Both the position numbers and the translations under genes were made by a program. Of a DNA stretch of 32,000 nt, positions 25,813-32,000 are shown in pieces; the first letter of the stretch is position 1, and each line of letters begins with the position of its first letter. The notes beneath the pieces were generated by a model, which saw nothing but the letters and a program-made list of their open reading frames with translations, made no database searches and was not told the DNA's origin. Location: sequence record NC_012575.1. The stretch is one strand, 5' to 3'.

Positions 25813-25846
25813 ATTTATTTCAAACTTTAAAGAAATTGAAATAAAT
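25813..25846. promoter_or_regulatory. Inverted repeat upstream of rps18
   Basis: ATTTATTTCAA-(12 nt)-TTGAAATAAAT, an 11-bp perfect stem 55 nt upstream of the rps18 start. Very A/T-rich, so stability and function are uncertain. Confidence 0.25.
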
Positions 25847-26149
25847 GAATAACAGTTTTTCTGCATTCGAAGATATAACTATAAGAAAAATACAAGCACA
25901 AGGAACACTTTGCCTACTTACACAAAACAAATAAGCAGATATGTGCAAGGAACATCCTTTATATGTACTACTCAACAAGCAAAACTCTAATATAATTAAA
26001 GCTTTTGCATTAAATTGAAGCATATATATCACGGAATTGCAAGAAGGATTCTAAGAACAAACAAATAAACGTATATTATGCTGAAAAATAATACAACAAA
26101 GTACAATATATTTGAAAAACTTTTGAATCTTTAAAACTTATATATTATA

Positions 26150-26222
26150 TACCCCCAAGGGAATTCGAATCCCTGTTACTTCCGTGAAAGGGAAATGTCC
26201 TAGGCCTCTAGACGATGGGGGC
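26150..26222 (-). tRNA. trnE: tRNA-Glu(UUC)
   Basis: Minus strand GCCCCCATCGTCTAGAGGCCTAGGACATTTCCCTTTCACGGAAGTAACAGGGATTCGAATTCCCTTGGGGGTA, near-identical to the canonical plastid trnE. Confidence 0.96.
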
Positions 26223-26339
26223 AAATGGAAAAGACCACTATTATTCCTTATTATAAAACGGGGCTTTTACAAATGTCAATTAATTTTTTCTGTTTAAAGA
26301 AAAACAAATTTTTTGTGGAAAAAAACTAACTAATTAACT

Positions 26340-26419
26340 TGTCTTAGAGAGGACTCGAACCTCCACGCATAAAGCACTAGCTCCTAAGGCTAGCGTGTCT
26401 ACCATTCCACCACTAAGAC
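26340..26419 (-). tRNA. trnL: tRNA-Leu(UAG)
   Basis: Minus strand GTCTTAGTGGTGGAATGGTAGACACGCTAGCCTTAGGAGCTAGTGCTTTATGCGTGGAGGTTCGAGTCCTCTCTAAGACA. Class II with a 12-nt variable arm and anticodon loop CTTAGGA. Confidence 0.95.
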
Positions 26420-26455
26420 TCAAGGCAGTATAAAGATATATATTTTAAGTATACC

Positions 26456-26956
26456 TTAACGACCTGTTGTTTGTAACCAGTTTTGGGCTTCACTATAATT
26501 TAATGGAGCTAAGCGAATTGCTTCTTTCCAATATTCAGCAGCTTTTCCAAATAATGTTTCTGAATCAGGAATATTTCCTGCTTCAAGGGCTTGCTCACCT
26601 CGATAATGATAAATTACAGCAATATTGTTTAAAGCTTGTGGAAGTGCTGGATTTCGATCAAGAGCTTGATAATAATACTCAAGTGCTTTTGTATGCTCTC
26701 CATTACTTGTATGAATTAAACCAATATTATAAAAAATATAGCTACGGTCATACGGATCAACTTCTAAACGCATAGCCTGATAGTAATTTTGTAATGCTTC
26801 CGCATACTCCCCTTCGGCTTGTGCAGACATGCCATCACGGTAATAAACAAAAGCTTCTTTTTCATTACGAGTTGTAGGCAACACCTTTAATAAAATATCA
26901 GCGACAACAGTAAAGGTCTTATCAATAAAGTTATCGTTTCGTTGAGAACGTGGCAT
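26456..26956 (-). CDS. ycf3: photosystem I assembly protein Ycf3 (TPR), intronless
   Basis: 166-aa [18 protein letters not shown]...[62 protein letters not shown], highly conserved Ycf3. Confidence 0.96.
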   Translation of the reverse strand: MPRSQRNDNFIDKTFTVVADILLKVLPTTRNEKEAFVYYRDGMSAQAEGEYAEALQNYYQAMRLEVDPYDRSYIFYNIGLIHTSNGEHTKALEYYYQALDRNPALPQALNNIAVIYHYRGEQALEAGNIPDSETLFGKAAEYWKEAIRLAPLNYSEAQNWLQTTGR

Positions 26957-27201
26957 AAATCGTAAAAATCTATATATTAAACTGAATAAAATTCAGCAGT
27001 AATACTATTATTGTATATTAATAGTATAGCTCTAGAAGAAAGAAATACAAAATGTAATCTGCTAATAAAACTATATAAAATATTCTCTTAGAATTTTGAG
27101 ATTTTAAGGAATAGAAAGATACTATTAAAATACTACTATAATATAGTAATATATTACTACAAGAATAAAAAAATCATTAGTAAAATTTAGGAGAGAGTAT
27201 A

Positions 27202-27798
27202 ATGGCTCGATACCGTGGACCACGCGTAAAAATTGTACGACGACTTGGAGAACTTCCGGGATTAACAACAAAAGTACCAAACCGTACATATGGACCAGGA
27301 CAACATGGTCAAGCTACTTCAACAGGAAAACTCACACAATTCCGTGTACGTTTACAAGAAAAACAAAAATTACGTTATAATTACGGAATTTCTGAAAAAC
27401 AACTCTTAACATATGTGCGTCGTGCACGTCGTGCAAAAGGACCAACAGGAGAAGTATTACTTCAAATGTTAGAAATGCGTTTAGATAGTATTGTCTACCG
27501 CCTTGGATTTGCTCCAACAATTCGTGCAGCACGTCAATATGTTTCACATGGTTTAATCACTGTAAATGGACAAACAGTAAATATCCCAAGTTATAACTGT
27601 TTACCAGGTGAGACAATTGCAAGTACATCTAACCCAGTAGTTGAAAACTGTAAAACATTCGGTGGAGCAGTTCCATCACATTTAACAGTGGATACAGCAA
27701 AAACAACAGGAAAAATCCAACGTGTAATTACACGTTCGCAAATTGCATTAACAGTAAATGAACTCCTTATTATTGAGTTCTATTCACGTAAAGGATAA
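27202..27798 (+). CDS. rps4: ribosomal protein S4
   Basis: 198-aa ORF MARYRGPRVKIVRRLGELPGLT...LEMRLDSIVYRLGFAPTIRAARQYVSHGLITVNG, canonical S4. A GGAG lies 11-14 nt upstream of the ATG. Confidence 0.95.
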   Translation: MARYRGPRVKIVRRLGELPGLTTKVPNRTYGPGQHGQATSTGKLTQFRVRLQEKQKLRYNYGISEKQLLTYVRRARRAKGPTGEVLLQMLEMRLDSIVYRLGFAPTIRAARQYVSHGLITVNGQTVNIPSYNCLPGETIASTSNPVVENCKTFGGAVPSHLTVDTAKTTGKIQRVITRSQIALTVNELLIIEFYSRKG

Positions 27799-27853
27799 AT
27801 TTTATTTTCTTTATTTCAACAAAAGATTGTTTCTTCAATTTATGAACTATAGG

Positions 27854-27883
27854 TTGGAGATGCTATATTTTTCATGGTATAAT
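27854..27883 (+). promoter_or_regulatory. Candidate bacterial-type (PEP) promoter with an extended -10
   Basis: TTGGAG, 18 nt, then TATAAT (27878-27883), with TGg immediately upstream of the -10. It points toward psbH, about 300 nt downstream across the antisense of psbN. Sequence match only. An A/T-rich spacer makes chance matches likely. Confidence 0.2.
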
Positions 27884-27916
27884 ACAAATAGAATAAATCT
27901 TCTTTTTATGTAAGAA

Positions 27917-27958
27917 AACTATATGGAAGCTAGTCTTTAATTTTGCTTCCATATAGTT
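27917..27958. terminator. Stem-loop between convergent rps4 and psbN
   Basis: AACTATATGGAAGC-(14 nt)-GCTTCCATATAGTT, a 14-bp perfect stem. It ends 9 nt from the psbN stop and starts 119 nt after the rps4 stop. Confidence 0.5.
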
Positions 27959-27966
27959 AAGTTTAT

Positions 27967-28101
27967 TTAATCCTCATGCTCCTCAAATGGGTCACGAAGA
28001 TCTTTTGATGGTGGACCAAAACCAATGTAGATTGAGTAGCCTGTCACACTAATCAATAAACACCAAAGAAAAACGGCGTAAAAAAATGCTGGAGTTTCCA
28101 T
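27967..28101 (-). CDS. psbN: photosystem II protein N
   Basis: 44 aa, [44 protein letters not shown]. The C-terminal RDPFEEHED is diagnostic. The track ORF (to 28158) is an upstream extension from a non-ATG start. Confidence 0.93.
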   Translation of the reverse strand: METPAFFYAVFLWCLLISVTGYSIYIGFGPPSKDLRDPFEEHED

Positions 28102-28181
28102 AATTAGGTTGAACGTTAAATTTTGATATAGTTTAAAGTAGAAAGTAAAAAAACACAAATGAATGTAAGAAATTTATTAAT

Positions 28182-28415
28182 ATGAGCAACGAAACTAAAC
28201 TTGCTGGAACAGGAAAAGTAACAGCTTTAGGAACAGCATTACGCCCACTTAACTCTGAGTACGGGAAAGTAGCACCAGGATGGGGAACAACAGTAGTAAT
28301 GGCAGTATTCATTGGATTATTTGCTGTTTTCCTCGTAATTCTCCTTGAAATTTACAACCGTTCATTACTTCTTGATGAAGTTGAAATGAGCTGGCTTTCA
28401 AGTACTGGATACTAA
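28182..28415 (+). CDS. psbH: photosystem II phosphoprotein H
   Basis: 77-aa ORF containing [18 protein letters not shown] and a single transmembrane helix, typical PsbH. It is divergent from psbN, as in psbB-operon architecture. Confidence 0.94.
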   Translation: MSNETKLAGTGKVTALGTALRPLNSEYGKVAPGWGTTVVMAVFIGLFAVFLVILLEIYNRSLLLDEVEMSWLSSTGY

Positions 28416-28472
28416 ACACAAACTTTACCTGAACTGACACAATCTTACTTTAAGTAATTGGTCACATATCAC

Positions 28473-28494
28473 GGTGTCACAATATTGTGACACC
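28473..28494. terminator. 22-nt perfect palindrome 3' of psbH
   Basis: GGTGTCACAAT|ATTGTGACACC has 11 consecutive pairs. It lies 58 nt after the psbH stop and 16 nt from the 3' end of trnR on the opposite strand. Confidence 0.5.
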
Positions 28495-28509
28495 AAAATA
28501 ATACATATC

Positions 28510-28581
28510 CATTTCGGATAGGATTCGAACCTACACAGAACAACTTAGAAGGTTGTTGCCCATCCCTTAGGCGACCGAAAC
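28510..28581 (-). tRNA. trnR: tRNA-Arg(UCU)
   Basis: Minus strand GTTTCGGTCGCCTAAGGGATGGGCAACAACCTTCTAAGTTGTTCTGTGTAGGTTCGAATCCTATCCGAAATG. Anticodon loop CTTCTAA. G1-U72 wobble. Confidence 0.9.
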
Positions 28582-28644
28582 ATAATATAAAGAAAAATGA
28601 GTACTCATAGTTCACGAGTTTAAAATATTGAATATTAAAATACA

Positions 28645-28717
28645 AGCCCCCTGTCGGAATTGAACCGACGACCCTCGCATTACAAATACGATGCTCTAGC
28701 CGCTGAGCTAAGGAGGC
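28645..28717 (-). tRNA. trnT: tRNA-Thr(UGU)
   Basis: Minus strand GCCTCCTTAGCTCAGCGGCTAGAGCATCGTATTTGTAATGCGAGGGTCGTCGGTTCAATTCCGACAGGGGGCT. Anticodon loop TTTGTAA. Confidence 0.94.
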
Positions 28718-28892
28718 ATTTTTGTAAGAGTATAAAAGATTTACCTCAGAGATGCAAGTAGCATTATTTAAATACCATGCAAAAGAATCATTAGACAAAC
28801 TCAGATACATATGTTATATTCTGAATAATAATGAGGGTAAATCCAATACTAATTATTTGATATAACCTTAGTTGTTTTACTAAACATTCTAT

Positions 28893-28964
28893 TCCTCAGT
28901 AGCTCAGTGGTAGAGCGATCGGCTGTTAACCGATTGGTCACAGGTTCAAATCCTGTCTGGGGAG
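28893..28964 (+). tRNA. trnN: tRNA-Asn(GUU)
   Basis: TCCTCAGTAGCTCAGTGGTAGAGCGATCGGCTGTTAACCGATTGGTCACAGGTTCAAATCCTGTCTGGGGAG. Anticodon loop CTGTTAA. Confidence 0.95.
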
Positions 28965-29294
28965 AACAAACTTAAGGTTAACTCAATTAAATAAATATTT
29001 GCATGTAATTATATTTTGATTTAGTATTTAAATAAATATACATATAGTATATATTTAATAATACGATAATTCATCAATAAGACTGGTAAGGGAACAAAAA
29101 TTTGTCTCAAAAATACCAAATAAAATAAGTAATACAAAAGATAAACAAATGAATAACAAACAAACCTTATATTTGAAACAAAGAATACAAATATTTTATA
29201 CAACCAAGTTTTTTAAAATAACGCGACTAGATATTCTAATTTTTTCAATTTAACTCCAATTAATTAAATTTTACTTAAATAGATAATTTGTCTT

Positions 29295-32000
29295 ATGACG
29301 CTACAAAATACTAATAATAAATATTCAAATTCACAAGAAAAATCGTTAAATGAAGTGTTAAATATAAATAATCCACCCAAACCAAATACTGAAGCACTTG
29401 AACTGTTTTTTTTATACATGGAAGATGACTTAGCTCCGTTAGAAGTTCCATTTGTACCTCGTAAAGAACAAGAGACAAGTAAACTTGCATTAAATTTCCG
29501 CACATCACCAAAAAAGTTCAAACGTTATAAATCAGCTTCTAAGTATAGAAACTATTGTAACACTATTAAAAGTACCTACCCAAAGATCTGGCAGGACTTC
29601 CGTGTTACATATACAAATTTAGATTCATTAAATCCAACATTTGTTAATTCAGAGGAAAGTCCGATTCCTCAATCAGTTAAATTATCATTATTGAATATTG
29701 GTTATACGACAGAAATGGGAGTAATTGCAACTCAATACATCGGACGTACTTTAGCAAAACCAGTAAGCTATATAACATGGAGAATAGGTGCACCAGTAGT
29801 ACTCTTTTGTGGAACTACAATTACAACCGTAGTTAGAATCTGTGCATATATTCGATATCAAGTTATTAACCCTTTATTTGGACCTATTTTACTCCCATTA
29901 TTTGGAGATGAATGGACTCAAGGACGGGCTGCATTAGAGCAATGGTTAGAGAAGGAACGTAACCTATTGGGTCGTTATCGTGGGAATACTTATATTTCAG
30001 CGTTTATAAATCGTTGTCAATATTTTCTTGGATACTTTATTGCTCACCAATTCTATTTTTTTGACCAATTTATTAAGAGTAGTTTTACAATTCGACGTGC
30101 AATTCAATCAGGACTTCCAATTAGTATTTTAGGTTTTATTGCTTATAAAAATACTCAATCACCAAAAAAAGTACCAAACCAAGCTATAGCTACAATTGCT
30201 AGTAGCTTAAATAGCCATGAATTTGATCAACCCCGTCTTAGTACTCATCTCGAATTTGACGATGAATTTGGAATGCTTCCAAAAAATGAACTTTACCGTA
30301 CAGGAGATGGATTTTTATTTGGACGAATTGAATATGCTATGCGTGAATTTAGTGGGGGAGAATATGTAAACGCCCCAAAAACGCAATTAGAAAATATTAT
30401 TCACCCTCGTGAACTTAGCCGTATTAGTCAAGAAGAGTCAAGTAGTACTGCAAAACATAATATTGGCTTTTGTGGGGACGATAAGGCCACTGAGAAATTT
30501 TTTGGTGACGAGGATATTCACATTAACCATGCGCCCACTCATAAAATTGGACTTTATCAATGGGATCCAGAAGAAGCCGATGCCATTCAATTAATTCAAG
30601 ATGAAGAAGGTCAACTTACTTCTGAATTCGAATTTGGTCCTCAACCAATGCATGGCTATCAAAAGTTACAAAAAAATGATAATAAAATACTAAAAAATTA
30701 CGTACGATACCAAACTCGCCGTACGAATCGAGAATATCGTGAGGCAATTAAAAAAGAGGAAAATAAAAAACCATTTTTTCTACTAAACAAACGCAAGGAA
30801 ATTTTACGTCCTACTATTAAAAAATCTTATGAAAAACTAGATAAAAAAGTTCGAAAATTATATGAAATGTATAGACCTACTGATTTAGTAGAAAAAAGTG
30901 AAAATAAAACACAAACAATCAATACATATAATAAGGATCAATTAGTATTATTAGATTCTCCAACCTATAACTCTTCTTGGGACCAACAATATACAGAATC
31001 CTATAATCGAAATATTGGTATGGATCAAATTATGTTGGATCCAGAAATTAATCCATTGCAATATAAACCAGAACAGCGACCACAACGCTTAATATTTTCG
31101 CCATTTGGAATGGAATCACGCTTTTGCTCTGCATTTGATATCAGTGTGAATCAGCCAGAAAATGTAAAACCTACTATTGATAAAAAAACAACAACTCTTT
31201 TTCACTATTGCTTCGGAAACATGAGCGATATTACAGAAGCTTTTGAAGCTAGTCCATTTAACGCCGGTAGTGATATGCGATTTTGGTACCAAAAATTCTT
31301 AGTAGCAGAAACTGATATTAGTGCCAAATATCCATTTCTTTTTCAACCAAATGAAGAAGAAAATGAAAATAGAGAGGATGATAGTGAGGAGCTATCCAAT
31401 GAACTTCCAGATGTAGCCGTTGAAGGACAAGGGCTTATTGAACAGAGTTTAATGGATAAACTTGAAAGAGTAGCCTCTAACAAAATTAAACCTGATCAAC
31501 TAAGTAATGAGAGTGATCTTATTGATGAAGATGTGGAAGTCGAAGAAGGTAAGTTTGACGAAAATCAATTTGAAGAAGAGGAAAATGGTTTCATTGAAGA
31601 AACTGAAGACCTGAATACTAGTCATAATCAAACTTTCGACGATGATGATAATATTGAGGATTTCACTGGATTTGAATACTTCCAGGATAAAACGGAAAAA
31701 GAAAATCCACACCAAACCCAACCATTATGGTTTCGCGAAGGAAATCTTTTCCTTAATCAATATGAAAGTAATCCGTGGAATTTAAATCCTTGGCAATTAA
31801 TGGGGTATATCATTACATCACATATTATTTTTGCAGGTTTAGTTGAAACATGCTTAAAATTAGAAAGTGAGGGAGTACGTATTCAACTTGTTCACGCACC
31901 GATTGTACACCGTACAATTGAACACATCGCACGAATGCCAGAAGCTGTTCCTATGAGCCAATATGTTGGCGAAACAATTCGCACAGTTTCTGTACGTAAA
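29295..32000 (+). CDS. Very large plastid ORF, 5' part only (at least 902 codons, open at the window edge). Possibly the ycf1 or ftsH/ycf2 class of giant algal plastid ORFs.
   Basis: I translated it by hand. ATG at 29295 follows an in-frame TAG at 29280-29282, and there is no stop through 32000, with the last codon in frame. The track omits it because it has no stop in the window.
- It begins MTLQNTNNKYSNSQEKSLNEVL.
- Hydrophobic segments lie at about aa 140-290 (MGVIATQYIG, GAPVVLFCGTTITTVVRICAYI, NPLFGPILLPLFG, GLPISILGFIAY).
- A long hydrophilic region follows, with an acidic tract (DEDVEVEEGKFDENQFEEEENGFIEETEDL...DDDDNIEDF).
- Another hydrophobic segment follows (WQLMGYIITSHIIFAGLVETCL). 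Confidence 0.85.
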   Translation, partial: MTLQNTNNKYSNSQEKSLNEVLNINNPPKPNTEALELFFLYMEDDLAPLEVPFVPRKEQETSKLALNFRTSPKKFKRYKSASKYRNYCNTIKSTYPKIWQDFRVTYTNLDSLNPTFVNSEESPIPQSVKLSLLNIGYTTEMGVIATQYIGRTLAKPVSYITWRIGAPVVLFCGTTITTVVRICAYIRYQVINPLFGPILLPLFGDEWTQGRAALEQWLEKERNLLGRYRGNTYISAFINRCQYFLGYFIAHQFYFFDQFIKSSFTIRRAIQSGLPISILGFIAYKNTQSPKKVPNQAIATIASSLNSHEFDQPRLSTHLEFDDEFGMLPKNELYRTGDGFLFGRIEYAMREFSGGEYVNAPKTQLENIIHPRELSRISQEESSSTAKHNIGFCGDDKATEKFFGDEDIHINHAPTHKIGLYQWDPEEADAIQLIQDEEGQLTSEFEFGPQPMHGYQKLQKNDNKILKNYVRYQTRRTNREYREAIKKEENKKPFFLLNKRKEILRPTIKKSYEKLDKKVRKLYEMYRPTDLVEKSENKTQTINTYNKDQLVLLDSPTYNSSWDQQYTESYNRNIGMDQIMLDPEINPLQYKPEQRPQRLIFSPFGMESRFCSAFDISVNQPENVKPTIDKKTTTLFHYCFGNMSDITEAFEASPFNAGSDMRFWYQKFLVAETDISAKYPFLFQPNEEENENREDDSEELSNELPDVAVEGQGLIEQSLMDKLERVASNKIKPDQLSNESDLIDEDVEVEEGKFDENQFEEEENGFIEETEDLNTSHNQTFDDDDNIEDFTGFEYFQDKTEKENPHQTQPLWFREGNLFLNQYESNPWNLNPWQLMGYIITSHIIFAGLVETCLKLESEGVRIQLVHAPIVHRTIEHIARMPEAVPMSQYVGETIRTVSVRK

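Noticed and set aside
25820-26032. 70-aa minus-strand ORF in the rps18-trnE spacer, and the similar 60-aa ORF at 29021-29203.
   Set aside because: The sequence is very A/T-rich and low-complexity (F/I/L/Y/K). Codon usage is unlike the real genes, and there is no recognisable family. These are probably chance frames in spacers.
28469-28810. 113-aa minus-strand ORF.
   Set aside because: It spans trnR(UCU) and trnT(UGU) and the spacer between them, so it is an artefact.
29264-31721. Track ORFs 29264-29521(-), 29311-29511(-), 30409-30594(+) and 31500-31721(-).
   Set aside because: They are antisense or out of frame relative to the ORF of at least 902 codons starting at 29295, which explains this region much better.

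Overview
This window is a plastid (chloroplast) genome fragment of a green-lineage alga, and it looks like ordinary conserved plastid content, not an accessory island. tufA and infA are retained. rps12, rpl2 and ycf3 are uninterrupted, trnI(GAU) and trnA(UGC) lack introns, and the 23S is contiguous with no separate 4.5S.

Gene content from left to right:
- Minus-strand ribosomal-protein cluster: rpl23-rpl2-rps19-rps3-rpl16-rpl14-rpl5-rps8-infA, with no rpl22.
- Two divergent CAU-anticodon tRNAs.
- psbZ, an orphan 175-aa membrane ORF, and psbA.
- A complete minus-strand rRNA operon: rrs-trnI-trnA-rrl-rrf.
- rps2, then rpoC2, rpoC1 and rpoB (transcribed rpoB to rps2).
- trnC, then the rps18-rps12-rps7-tufA cluster.
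- trnE, trnL(UAG), ycf3, rps4, psbN/psbH, trnR(UCU), trnT(UGU), trnN(GUU).
- A plus-strand ORF of at least 902 codons that runs off the right edge. The ORF track omits it.

I saw no CRISPR array, transposon, intron or defence-type system.

Most notable items:
- A CAU-anticodon tRNA with a class-II-like long variable arm.
- The very large truncated ORF.
- The orphan membrane ORF beside psbA.
- A tRNA-like remnant fused to a 28-nt perfect palindrome behind rps2.
- Several long, unique perfect palindromes at gene ends.

All product calls rest on my recognition of the translated sequences and rRNA/tRNA motifs. No database search was run. rRNA ends are approximate, about +/-10 nt.
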